64,000 nucleotides of DNA from a virus. The notes beneath the pieces were generated by a model. It had not been told where the DNA came from. It did no database searches and saw nothing but the letters and a program-made list of their open reading frames with translations. This document shows positions 18,555 through 28,629 of this stretch, piece after piece (the first letter of the stretch is position 1; every line of letters begins with the position of its first letter). A program made the position numbers and the translations under genes. The stretch is taken from positions 1 to 64,000 of the IMG/VR virus record IMGVR_UViG_3300045974_000102; one strand, given 5' to 3'.

Positions 18555-19634
18555 TTATCCTGTGCGCTGCCACATATATACTACGAGGTAGGGAGGCATA
18601 TTATCATGCGCTACGCCAGATCCGCAAGCCCCAGTTTGTGTTGGGACAGCTCCTGGGCTAGATACTGGGTCATTCCATGTTTGCCATGTAGGCCTTTTCT
18701 CATATGTTGGTGAATTATAAGTGTGAGTATGTGCAGGTAAGTTTGCTTCAGTAAGTGCAACGGTTGATGAGCCGCCAGGGAAGCCTACTGCCCAGGCACC
18801 TCCAGCTCCTAAAAGGAATCTTCCTGGAGCGAATGCTGTCCAAGCTCCTCCAATAGTAGTTGAAGGATCAGTATTGTTTACTGATAAGTAAATGGCACCT
18901 ATTGGCCACATAGCTCGGAGAAGGTCTGCTAGATGAGCGCCATCAAGCATATCAGCGTTTAGACTTGGAACTACTGCAGAGCTTCCTACTTCAAAAGAAG
19001 GACCACCGCTATAGCTGAATTGTGCTTTTTGTGCAACAGAGAATGCTCCACCTACTGTTAAGCTTCCCGTATTATTAGTGCCACCATTTAATGTAGCTCC
19101 GGCATTTACGATAAGACCTTGTGATGCTGTAAGGGCTCCAGCGATGTTAGTCGCACCAGCTACGCTTAGAGAAGAACTCATTGTTGTAGCGCCACCTACA
19201 TTTAATGTGTTGCTTAGAGTTGCAGCACCGTTAGCTGTTAAGGCTCCCTGCGTGCTAGCACCACCTATCATAACAAGTTTGCCTGCTATTTGTAAGTCAT
19301 TACCGAAGGTAGCTATTCCACTAACTGTAAGTTGTTTTTGGATTATCACATTATCTCTAAAAACTGTAGCCCCAGTAGTATCTAAGATCCCAAGCAATAC
19401 AGTGTTGCCTGATGCTGTTATGTTATTCTCTATGTTCAACGAACCAGATACATCCAGTTTGGTAGTAGGGACTTTACCTAAACCAATGTCACCATTCTGC
19501 ATTGCAGTAACTCTATATTCAAGATAGTTTAGTGCAAACCGAAGTTGGTTAATATGTAAATAACTTGGTTTAGAGATTGGAGCTATTAAGTCTGCTCCCC
19601 AAGCTGTTACCTGTGCCATTGTGCCTGCTGCCAT
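18555..19634 (-). CDS. Baseplate / short tail fibre protein (gp10-C-like / collar-like C-terminus)
   Basis: WPIGAIYLS...GRFLLG...LTEANLPAHTH...HDNMPPYLVVYMWQRT, preceded by beta-helix-like repeats. Confidence 0.8.
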   Translation of the reverse strand: MAAGTMAQVTAWGADLIAPISKPSYLHINQLRFALNYLEYRVTAMQNGDIGLGKVPTTKLDVSGSLNIENNITASGNTVLLGILDTTGATVFRDNVIIQKQLTVSGIATFGNDLQIAGKLVMIGGASTQGALTANGAATLSNTLNVGGATTMSSSLSVAGATNIAGALTASQGLIVNAGATLNGGTNNTGSLTVGGAFSVAQKAQFSYSGGPSFEVGSSAVVPSLNADMLDGAHLADLLRAMWPIGAIYLSVNNTDPSTTIGGAWTAFAPGRFLLGAGGAWAVGFPGGSSTVALTEANLPAHTHTYNSPTYEKRPTWQTWNDPVSSPGAVPTQTGACGSGVAHDNMPPYLVVYMWQRTG

Positions 19635-19661
19635 TTCAAACCTCCGTTAAGTAGCGATAAC

Positions 19662-21536
19662 TTATTTAAAGCGCACGTCTATTGTTTTGTCGTTGCTTAA
19701 GTTTGAGAAAGTATAAGAACTATTTGCAAACAACTCTTTAGTTCCGTCGATATAAACTTCTGCAATACTAAAGCCTTGTGCTGGTGTTATACTGAAATTC
19801 ACACTCTCATTGTCCTTAACCATTAGTTTTCCATAAGGACTTATGGTCCCACCGTCTCCACATATAGCTACAACCTCATAAATTTTATGTGTATCATAGT
19901 CAATTTGCAATATATGCTTTGTGGATACCTCAAGATTATTTTCTATAACATTATTTATATTGTCTAAAACAGTTTTAGTATATTCGTCTGGTGAATATGT
20001 TCCATCGAAAGCAATCTGTTTATTTCTAACTGGCATATCGGCATTTAGCACTGCAATGACTGAATCATTAGTAGGAATTTTTATTGCACCAGTTAGTATA
20101 TCTTCAGCTAAAATGCCGACAGAAGATTTACAGGCAATTTCCTTGTCTCTTAATACTCCACCAATCTGCCTAATGTCTACTGTCTTTACAATTTGAGATT
20201 CAGCATTTGCAGATATAGCTATTATGACTACAGACTTAAATCCACTTGCTGCACATGTAGCTTGATAACTAGCTAGGTTACTAAAAGAGTTTGGAGCAGT
20301 TAATGAGTTTTGTCCTATAGCTTCATCCATTCCTATCTTAGCATAGTAAACAGATCTTTCACCATCTTGCACGTCTGGCTTTATATATATAGCAAAGTAG
20401 CCACCAGCAGTAAGAGAGGCTTTACTTAAATCAAGAAGTTTAAATTCATAATAATCTTCTTTTATATAATGTGAAGCATATACTACATCTCTGTCCGATA
20501 ACTTAATTGGCAGATAAATAACTCCATCCGTATTAAAATCTAAGAGCTGTATATAATATACTGTGTCTTTATATTGTATTCCTGCTTTAAGCGCTAGGTT
20601 AGTAAAGGCATATTTAACTTGTCCAGTATAATAGTCTTTTACAATAACTTCTAGTTGCTGTGCCTCTGTGCCATCTGTTAGAATATTAAATTGACTTTGC
20701 ACTGTATCTTGACTTAGTATTTTACATTTTTTATTTTCTTTATATTTGAAATAACCTTTTCCTGCGAATTCTTGATTATAGTATTCTGGTATGCTGTAAG
20801 AATATGTATGTGAGTTTATGGTTTCTTTAAATGTTGTATTTAGTATGCTTATATACCATGGGTCTTCAATGTTGCACTTAGGCATTCTATATAATTTAGT
20901 ATCTGAAAGCGTTGACACATAAATATCACCGATATAGTTTCTTAACTGTATTACTCCTGATAGGTCTACAAAATACTTAAATCCAGAATAAGATCTACCT
21001 GCTACCTCTTCTATCGTCATTTCTGTAGCAACTGGCGTGAAGTTAACTAAGCGCTTAATTATTTTATTGCCTCTGGTATACTCAATGAACAATGGAGCTT
21101 CAGGTTTATTTAAATATACTATTGTATATGGTGCTGCATAGTTTTCAGAAACTAGATAATTATCCTTTGTAATTGTAGATCCAATAATATCTATGATTCT
21201 TATTTCGTTTTCTTTTACCATCTCTCCTAGTTCAAATTTATAGAAATAAGGTATATAGTCAGCTTTTGATGCTACATACTTAAACTGATTGGTAACTAAG
21301 ATTTTATCTGTGCCAATACTTTTAGACTCTAACAGTAGAAACTTTCTAAACTTATCTGTTATACTTCTTTCTGGAGTTACTGCTGGGTCTACCCCTATAA
21401 AGTCTTCTGGAAATTTATCTTTAGAGTCAACCGCAAAATAGTATAGAGGAACAAAGTCTCCTGGTATATCGGAGCCCTCTTCTACATAGGTAAGACTGAA
21501 GCTATCTAAAACTGGTATCTCTAAGTCAAAGCGCAT
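19662..21536 (-). CDS. Virion structural protein with C-terminal Ig-like (InlB-B/bacterial repeat-like) domain
   Basis: C-terminal GGTISP...FSITPAQGFSIAEVYIDG...YTFSNLSNDKTIDVRF; tail operon context. Confidence 0.6.
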   Translation of the reverse strand: MRFDLEIPVLDSFSLTYVEEGSDIPGDFVPLYYFAVDSKDKFPEDFIGVDPAVTPERSITDKFRKFLLLESKSIGTDKILVTNQFKYVASKADYIPYFYKFELGEMVKENEIRIIDIIGSTITKDNYLVSENYAAPYTIVYLNKPEAPLFIEYTRGNKIIKRLVNFTPVATEMTIEEVAGRSYSGFKYFVDLSGVIQLRNYIGDIYVSTLSDTKLYRMPKCNIEDPWYISILNTTFKETINSHTYSYSIPEYYNQEFAGKGYFKYKENKKCKILSQDTVQSQFNILTDGTEAQQLEVIVKDYYTGQVKYAFTNLALKAGIQYKDTVYYIQLLDFNTDGVIYLPIKLSDRDVVYASHYIKEDYYEFKLLDLSKASLTAGGYFAIYIKPDVQDGERSVYYAKIGMDEAIGQNSLTAPNSFSNLASYQATCAASGFKSVVIIAISANAESQIVKTVDIRQIGGVLRDKEIACKSSVGILAEDILTGAIKIPTNDSVIAVLNADMPVRNKQIAFDGTYSPDEYTKTVLDNINNVIENNLEVSTKHILQIDYDTHKIYEVVAICGDGGTISPYGKLMVKDNESVNFSITPAQGFSIAEVYIDGTKELFANSSYTFSNLSNDKTIDVRFK

Positions 21537-21547
21537 ATAAGACCTTC

Positions 21548-22738
21548 TTAGTTGGCTGAATAAACAGATTTATTACTTGTGACTTCTTTCTTGTATGAGC
21601 CCTTAATAATGCTTTGTAAAGACTCTGTAATGCTATAGTCTCCACCGATAACCATATATTGATTATCACCACCAGTTACCATATTAGATGTAATCCAATA
21701 AATGTCTGGTCTTTGCGTTGCAGTTATAAGTTGATTGACTTGTATTGCGTCATCTATATTCCCATTGTCATATACGAATATCTTATTAGGCTCAACTAAT
21801 CCAGCACCAGTATTGCATGGAGCATAAGGTCTATATCTAACAGCGTGTGGTAAGTCAACTGTTAACAAAGGACTTTGTAGTGTTCTAGCAAGAGATAGAC
21901 TGCCTGTAGGTTGTGCTACATATGAAAAGCCAGGGACACCAGTACAAGCTGGAAGGCCTGAAGTATAGTCATAAGTATTAGCAATGCAGTAATCATTTAC
22001 AGTCCTTCCTGTGCATCCAGACGCTGCAACAGCATATTTACATGGCACTCTTACGAACCACCATTTATTATTATCTAAAGGAAGACAAGGCCCTGAGTTA
22101 TAAGTTAATGTGAATGCATTATCTGTTATAGACATTGAATAGATCTTTAAAGAACTGTTAGCAGATACTAAGGTAATTAGTTCCACATTTACTGTCAGTA
22201 AAGCAGATGATATAGTTCTAGATGCTGTATTACTAAGTGTCCAAGATTGCTGGCTCGCACCTGCCGCAGTTACTATCCCTGAGCCAGAGTAGAGGAAAGA
22301 AATATACTGTCCAATCTTTGCATCTGCTGGTATATATGCTGTCCCTAATATATTGAGTGAGTTAGTAGTTGTTCCTGTGGTATATGACATGCCCGTAGCG
22401 GACACTGTTATCTGTGAGCCTTTGGCACCTGATGCAGAAAAGGTTTGTATGCTTGTAACGCTATACTTATCGCATATGTTCTGTAGTGTGTCTAACGAGT
22501 TTATGGCCTTATAGAGTTTACTTGAGCTACCAACCAAGCTAGTTATATTACCAATGAGTTTCTTATCTGGCATATTACTAATCTGGTAATCTTGGCCGTT
22601 ACCTAAGTATGCCTCAATCTTACTGAAAGCACCATTATACAAAGCAAATATTCCATTAAGTTTAGATGGTGCTGGAGATTCGCCACTAATGATCTTTATT
22701 TCTGTAAGTATTAATTTTCTAAAAGCTTGACTTGACAT
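21548..22738 (-). CDS. Putative baseplate/tail structural protein
   Basis: 396 aa, S/T-rich ORF in the tail operon. Confidence 0.55.
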   Translation of the reverse strand: MSSQAFRKLILTEIKIISGESPAPSKLNGIFALYNGAFSKIEAYLGNGQDYQISNMPDKKLIGNITSLVGSSSKLYKAINSLDTLQNICDKYSVTSIQTFSASGAKGSQITVSATGMSYTTGTTTNSLNILGTAYIPADAKIGQYISFLYSGSGIVTAAGASQQSWTLSNTASRTISSALLTVNVELITLVSANSSLKIYSMSITDNAFTLTYNSGPCLPLDNNKWWFVRVPCKYAVAASGCTGRTVNDYCIANTYDYTSGLPACTGVPGFSYVAQPTGSLSLARTLQSPLLTVDLPHAVRYRPYAPCNTGAGLVEPNKIFVYDNGNIDDAIQVNQLITATQRPDIYWITSNMVTGGDNQYMVIGGDYSITESLQSIIKGSYKKEVTSNKSVYSAN

Positions 22739-22747
22739 ATGTTTTCC

Positions 22748-25060
22748 TTATAAGAATGGATTAATTATTCGAATATTACTTTGCGTAGCCGCTATAGATA
22801 CGGCACAGTTAGCGTTGAAACATCCTACAGCATCACTCCTACCAACAATTGATGTATCTTTATAGTAAAGATCATCTCTACCAGATGCAGGATAATATTT
22901 GCCATATCCCATTTCACACTTATCATCTATAGCGTTGGTCCAGATGCAGTATGTAGATGTGCAGCTTATGCCTACGCGGTTCTTCATATATTCATTTATT
23001 GTGAAATAACCCATCGGACCTAGTTGTGGATTTATTAATGATGTAGCTGGCATTGGATAGCCCACTGGTATGAATTCAGACTCTGCTCCTAGCGTGCTCT
23101 TAATTGTGATTGTTATCTCGTTTGATTCTAATGATGCTTCATTGCTATTACAAAAAGCCTTAACTTTAATCGTTGCTGCTCTGTCTGTTACTAACCACAT
23201 ACCAATAACATTACTGCCGCTTGGAGGATAGCCAGCATATCTAAAATCAATAACTGATTGTATATCTCCACTTGGTGAAATAGGAACATTATAGAGCTTA
23301 ATCTTATCACTAGGATACATGCCACTAGCATACCCTCCAGTTGGATGTAGTGTTGGCACATAGCTTACAGCAATCCCAGTTACAGCTCTAGGCGAGTAAG
23401 TTTCTTGTAGATAGTAGCCGGTTGGTGGCAGTATATCTTTTACATAAGTGGCAGTTGGAAAATTGCTTATAATGGTTGGAGAAGATGTAGCTGGTGCCGT
23501 TACGTATAAGTCTCTAATGAGCATGTTACCGTATGTCCTGCCGGTAACTGAGATAGGCTTTTGATATGTGCTATAGAACCATCCGCTGGCGGCTGGCTTC
23601 CCTGGCACTCCTGTTGCTGATTTTACAAAAGCTATTCTTCTTCCAGTTAGTGAGTAGTCTGCTAATGAGTTAGAAATATAATACTCAGATATTGTTTTAT
23701 CTGCATTTACTGCACCAACTAATTTACCTAAAATTGGATCATCATCCAATACATAATACAGATATACATTTCCAGTCGTCGGGATTGGTTTTAAGTTTAC
23801 TGGTAAGGTTACTATTGTATCGCCACCAAAAGGTGTTATCCATTCTTTTTGTATAAAGTAACCTAGCTTTTGACTTCCTAATAGTGCTGTAGCTGTAGCT
23901 TCACCATTGGTTCCGGTAGCTATGGTAACAGTATTTGGGTTGTTTCCGTCTGTACTGTTAAGCCAATATGCTCCCGCGTTTTCTCCAGAGAGAACAAAAT
24001 CAATTTCTGCTCCTGCTATTACAGCATTAGAAGGATTGGTTAGTTTAGCTTTAATTGAAGCTGACGAAAGACTTGTTATAACTGTAGCATCAGCTTCTAT
24101 TGTTAAGGTAGCTGGAACTGCTGCACTGTTAATTCTTGTAGAAGCACAAAGTGCTCCGCTCTTAAAGTTTAATACACTCGGAGATATATTTATGTCTTTG
24201 AAAACAATATCTTCTATTGCACTTCTTGAACTTTGTTTATATGTAATAAGTGGCGCTATTTCGAATGTAGATGTTAAAGAATCTCTTCCCGGCTCTAGTC
24301 CAATAGTTTTGCTTATAATAAGTGTGCCTGATATAAGTCTGTAATTTGTTGTCCCTGTAAATTCTTCTAGTCTGAAGTTTGTAATAGGAAATTCTGGCAT
24401 TGTGAAAGCATTCTTTGTTGTGCCATCAGGATATCTTATTTTAAAAATGCACGAGTATTTTATTACACTGTCTATATAGGCTATATTATTTAATATTGTA
24501 TAGCTATTGTCGGAGTATCCTAAACTACCTGCTGACAAGAATGTTGATGCTAATGATATACCATCATATGGAACATAAGAATAAGATCTGTAGCGCTCAG
24601 TGCTAGCTAGTAAGGGGTTAAGCTTTAATGTATAAATATCTATTGTCGCTGGAATATAGTCTGAATCAAGAACACATTTATAGTATCCATAAACGGCATC
24701 ATAACTAAATTGCTTTGTTACATACTGAGCTGACCATAAAAATTTACTATTGTAAGAATAGACGCCACCACCATTGAATACTGGTGCTATTATATTGTCT
24801 CGGATAATCAATGAGTTTATCTTAACTGCATTTTCTGATACTATGCCTGAAAGAAAACCAGTAGTTGGAAGAGGAGAGCTGCCTTTTAGTTTCATCCAAT
24901 CAGTTCCGCCAGTATTAAGTGCCCAAACTGATTCAAGCTTTTTAGTATCCCACTTTATAGGATTTGCTATATTACTGTTACCATATGCTAACGATGCAAC
25001 ATAGTCAACTCGGTCTTGTGTTAGCTTGTCAACTACGTTAAGCTCTAAATCATATCTCAT
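22748..25060 (-). CDS. Putative structural protein with Big_1-like Ig domain and Cys-rich C-terminus
   Basis: ASIKAKLTNPSNAVIAGAEIDF...TGTNGEATAT resembles an invasin-type Ig domain. Confidence 0.55.
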   Translation of the reverse strand: MRYDLELNVVDKLTQDRVDYVASLAYGNSNIANPIKWDTKKLESVWALNTGGTDWMKLKGSSPLPTTGFLSGIVSENAVKINSLIIRDNIIAPVFNGGGVYSYNSKFLWSAQYVTKQFSYDAVYGYYKCVLDSDYIPATIDIYTLKLNPLLASTERYRSYSYVPYDGISLASTFLSAGSLGYSDNSYTILNNIAYIDSVIKYSCIFKIRYPDGTTKNAFTMPEFPITNFRLEEFTGTTNYRLISGTLIISKTIGLEPGRDSLTSTFEIAPLITYKQSSRSAIEDIVFKDINISPSVLNFKSGALCASTRINSAAVPATLTIEADATVITSLSSASIKAKLTNPSNAVIAGAEIDFVLSGENAGAYWLNSTDGNNPNTVTIATGTNGEATATALLGSQKLGYFIQKEWITPFGGDTIVTLPVNLKPIPTTGNVYLYYVLDDDPILGKLVGAVNADKTISEYYISNSLADYSLTGRRIAFVKSATGVPGKPAASGWFYSTYQKPISVTGRTYGNMLIRDLYVTAPATSSPTIISNFPTATYVKDILPPTGYYLQETYSPRAVTGIAVSYVPTLHPTGGYASGMYPSDKIKLYNVPISPSGDIQSVIDFRYAGYPPSGSNVIGMWLVTDRAATIKVKAFCNSNEASLESNEITITIKSTLGAESEFIPVGYPMPATSLINPQLGPMGYFTINEYMKNRVGISCTSTYCIWTNAIDDKCEMGYGKYYPASGRDDLYYKDTSIVGRSDAVGCFNANCAVSIAATQSNIRIINPFL

Positions 25061-25410
25061 GGCGTTACCCTTATTGCAGTATTGTTATATGCAAGCTTAA
25101 AAATTGTATTGTCTAGTTTATTCCCAAGCTGTTGTTTAATATGTGGTATTTGAAATGTAGTTATTGCGTAGGATGTGCCACTTACTGTAGCTGCTGCATA
25201 TATAGTAAAGTAAGATTCATCTCCCCATATAGTCATTGCAATAGGTGCACCAGTGCTTTGGTATTCAAATGTATTAACGTCTGATAATCTTGAATTTAAT
25301 GTAGCGCTTACTTTAGTTACTCCTGCCACACTTGGTGAAATAAGTGCTCCTATAAACTCACCATTAACTGCGTATAAGGGCTCGACATGCAAAGCCATAG
25401 ATGTATTCAT
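25057..25410 (-). CDS. Hypothetical structural protein
   Basis: 117 aa; start and stop overlap both neighbours. Confidence 0.6.
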   Translation of the reverse strand: MNTSMALHVEPLYAVNGEFIGALISPSVAGVTKVSATLNSRLSDVNTFEYQSTGAPIAMTIWGDESYFTIYAAATVSGTSYAITTFQIPHIKQQLGNKLDNTIFKLAYNNTAIRVTP

Positions 25411-26258
25411 TATTTGTCTCCACTACATACAATTTTATATCCACAGTATCTACATTCAAAGTCTCCAAATGGTGATCTATCATAGTCTTCTAATTGCTTC
25501 TTTGTTATGATACCAAGTTTATAATAAAGTGGCAATAGTTCTCTTGGATATATGTCAGTGAAATCTTTAGGTGGCGGAGACTCACTTAGTATATAGTCAT
25601 ACAGTAGAGAATATCTGTCTAAGATATTAGTTACCGTAAATCTCTTGTCTACTATTCCGTCTACAACTGGATATAGTATATCTCCGTCAGGAATTACTGA
25701 TACAACAAATTCTTTAATTTCACATGTATCTCTGCGTATATACATAAGAATAAACTCTTCTATAGTTTCTTTCATAGCATATGCGTAAACTAATGTTTGG
25801 AATAGATTCTGCCACTTAGGATAAGCAGCTCCCCAAGGCGAACCGTATATCATATTAGTAACCCATTTATTATTGCCACCAATACTTTTAATCTCAAGTC
25901 CTACTGGTCTGCCATTATATTCAATGATAGCATCTATCTTTCCACTTATATTATACTTCGCTATCTCAAATCTAACTTGGCTGTCCTTTAAGATGCCTTT
26001 GTCTTTTAGTAAGTCAAGCAGCATCTTTTCTGTGTAGTCACCAAGTTTAGCTGTAAGCTGTTGCCCTGTATTCCAGTCAGAGTCTTCTGTGCAGCCAAGG
26101 CAGCTATAGTAAGCAGCTCTTAAGCATTTGCCTTGCACTCTTTTATATTTTTTGTAATCTATTAGTGCTGAAGACTGGGTAGGATACATTCTGTCTTTAT
26201 GCTCATGTCCACTTCTGTTTGTTTCTATGAGCTGTGATTCTAATAATTCTTTAACCAT
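25410..26258 (-). CDS. Cas4-like PD-(D/E)XK exonuclease with Fe-S cluster cysteines
   Basis: KCLRAAYY, GKIDAII, LEIKS, QTLVY and C-terminal ECRYCGYKIVC. ATG at 26258 overlaps the upstream stop. Confidence 0.8.
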   Translation of the reverse strand: MVKELLESQLIETNRSGHEHKDRMYPTQSSALIDYKKYKRVQGKCLRAAYYSCLGCTEDSDWNTGQQLTAKLGDYTEKMLLDLLKDKGILKDSQVRFEIAKYNISGKIDAIIEYNGRPVGLEIKSIGGNNKWVTNMIYGSPWGAAYPKWQNLFQTLVYAYAMKETIEEFILMYIRRDTCEIKEFVVSVIPDGDILYPVVDGIVDKRFTVTNILDRYSLLYDYILSESPPPKDFTDIYPRELLPLYYKLGIITKKQLEDYDRSPFGDFECRYCGYKIVCSGDK

Positions 26259-26529
26259 TGAATTGCACCATCTTTTCAAGCGTATCTATCTCTTTGCTTA
26301 ATGTTAGAGTGAGTATTTTAAATGCAAATTTATACATTGATATATTGTATGCGTCATTAATTACTTGGTATAGTGTAGATATTGCATTAAGAATAATTTT
26401 ATCTTTTGTCTTTACCTTTAGTTCATCAAGTCTATATTTAAATGTGTTAAGCGACTGCACCTTAATGTGGTTAGGAACAAGCTCTTGCTCGCTGAGCATA
26501 ACCTCATCGGCATAAGTTTCGTATTTCAT
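26251..26529 (-). CDS. Small helical hypothetical protein
   Basis: 92 aa, abutting both neighbours. Confidence 0.6.
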   Translation of the reverse strand: MKYETYADEVMLSEQELVPNHIKVQSLNTFKYRLDELKVKTKDKIILNAISTLYQVINDAYNISMYKFAFKILTLTLSKEIDTLEKMVQFNG

Positions 26530-28629
26530 TTATACCACCGTGAGTGAAACTGCTGTTATTATTGGGGTTAAGTATTTATTGCTTGACTCTAGTATAAGTT
26601 TTGCAGATGCATATAAATTTTGGTGGGTAATATTATACATTATTTGAATGCTGTTAACTGGCACTTCTGGTATGGAAGGTAAGTAGATATATCTTTCTGT
26701 TGGGCTACCGTCAAATCCGAACAGAATATTGTCACCAAAGCCAGCACTTATAAGTGCATCAATTGGTGCAAATGTTAATAACCTATTAAATAGTATCCCA
26801 GCAGGTTTCTTGTTTAGCTTAGCTCTTTGATAGGAGATTGAAACTCCTACTCCACTACCACTCTGCGTAGATGGACAAACAAATATCTTGCCTCCATTTG
26901 GTTCAATAGAGTATGTAAAAGGCACGTTTGTTGAAGATGTTAACTGAAGTCTATAGTTTATAGCATTAGCATCTTGCACTGTTTCGCTAAATGGCATAAA
27001 TGATTCACCAAGATCTATAAGTGTTGGTCCATATAGAATCTTGGTAGTTGTTATCATATCAGATATAGGTCCGAGAACTTTATAGTCAGGCATGCCAGTA
27101 AATGAATACAATAGGTTATCTGGTTTAGCTATTGCCTGATAATAATCTAAGATTGCTGCACCAGATGGTAGCATCATATCTTTAGTATGTATCTCTATGA
27201 AAGATATGCCTTTTTTAAGTCTTATTTTCCCTGTTACTACTTGTCCGTCTACCTTACAGGACTGTGCACCTATATCAACAATTATGTTATCTTCAAAGTT
27301 TAGTAGAAATGTTTTATAGTAGTTATTATTTAATGTCCAGTTCTCATATCTAAATGGATCTGCAGAATTGCCTGATAAGAAATTTCTATTAAGGCCATAG
27401 AATATGATTGCTTTTTGATAGTTCATATTCCATTGATTATAAGCTACAGTTCCTTCTACTCCACCGAAAGGAATTATATATTTTAAGAATTCCTTTGTTA
27501 TCCCACTTGCATTCGCTGGGGCAGGAACAGATGATGCTGGAATAATAAAGTTTCCATATTTATATTTAAATAATGATATATCTGAATCTGTATCTGCCTC
27601 AACTTGGTTATATGAAATTGGAGTTCCAGTGGTTGAGTCTAAAGAAAGAAATTGTTTAATATTAGTGTTTAATATCGAGTTGGTATCTGTGTGAGCTAAT
27701 CTAGCTACAGACGAACCAATAAGTTCTCCTATGTCTATAGGTAAAGATTCATATGTGCCAGTTTTCGCAAATATAATTTCTTTGAAAATTTCTATTGCGC
27801 CTATTTGTATAGCTATAGGCTTATCGGTATTTACGTTAAGACTCTCAATCTGCAGTATGATAGAGTCTATTTCTAGTGGTTCAAAGTTAAGCAGGATCTC
27901 ATTAGTTGCCTGAATTGAAGTATAAATAGAAGAGCCTTGACTTTTAAGTATAACTTTTGTATTAATTACATCATTCAGCATTTTTATATAAAGCATATTA
28001 CAGAACGTTGTATTCACAGCAATGGTAAATATAGTATTTACTTTTTCTGCCTTGCTTGATACTTTAATTGAAGGCGAGTCTGCTAATGGCAACTCTGTTA
28101 TATCACTTAAATTTGAGAAGACTAATTCACCATCTGAGATAGCAGATATATTAATATAATCATTATACATTTGTGCATTATTTATAAAAAATGGTAAAGT
28201 AATACATGATCCTATCTTCCCTACATTAGAGCTACCTGTTTGAAATGAATAAGAAAGATCTATATTATTACAAGAATAATTAAGCAGAGCATTAATATCT
28301 CGTTTAAATGAAGTAAGCTCATAGTCAATTCTCTTGGAAAGATCTATGTATGAGTTAGATAAATACTGGTGCTCACTAATAATATCAGTAGTGCTATTTG
28401 TTATAGCATTGAATAGTCCTGTTATTCCACTTAACTTATTATTAAGGATGCTGGCGCTTGCAATATCTTTAAATCCTATACTTGGTATATTGCTTGGTAT
28501 AAATACTGCATCTACATCGCTAGTAGACTTCCCATAAATATCTGAGAACATTGGACAAATGCCAGTGTCTTTTATTGTAGCAATAATATTTGTTTCTATC
28601 ATTTTATTAACTATAAGATCTTTCAGCAT
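26530..28629 (-). CDS. Baseplate-associated structural protein (paralog 3)
   Basis: 699 aa; helical N-terminus then beta-rich; shares motifs with the two upstream genes. Confidence 0.6.
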   Translation of the reverse strand: MLKDLIVNKMIETNIIATIKDTGICPMFSDIYGKSTSDVDAVFIPSNIPSIGFKDIASASILNNKLSGITGLFNAITNSTTDIISEHQYLSNSYIDLSKRIDYELTSFKRDINALLNYSCNNIDLSYSFQTGSSNVGKIGSCITLPFFINNAQMYNDYINISAISDGELVFSNLSDITELPLADSPSIKVSSKAEKVNTIFTIAVNTTFCNMLYIKMLNDVINTKVILKSQGSSIYTSIQATNEILLNFEPLEIDSIILQIESLNVNTDKPIAIQIGAIEIFKEIIFAKTGTYESLPIDIGELIGSSVARLAHTDTNSILNTNIKQFLSLDSTTGTPISYNQVEADTDSDISLFKYKYGNFIIPASSVPAPANASGITKEFLKYIIPFGGVEGTVAYNQWNMNYQKAIIFYGLNRNFLSGNSADPFRYENWTLNNNYYKTFLLNFEDNIIVDIGAQSCKVDGQVVTGKIRLKKGISFIEIHTKDMMLPSGAAILDYYQAIAKPDNLLYSFTGMPDYKVLGPISDMITTTKILYGPTLIDLGESFMPFSETVQDANAINYRLQLTSSTNVPFTYSIEPNGGKIFVCPSTQSGSGVGVSISYQRAKLNKKPAGILFNRLLTFAPIDALISAGFGDNILFGFDGSPTERYIYLPSIPEVPVNSIQIMYNITHQNLYASAKLILESSNKYLTPIITAVSLTVV

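Noticed and set aside
7735-19634. Diversity-generating retroelement or invertible cassette acting on fibre genes
   Set aside because: No reverse transcriptase, invertase or duplicated template/variable repeat was recognised in the window.
25410-26279. CRISPR-Cas locus suggested by the Cas4-like gene
   Set aside because: No repeat-spacer array and no cas1/cas2 or effector genes were seen; the flanks are fully coding structural genes.
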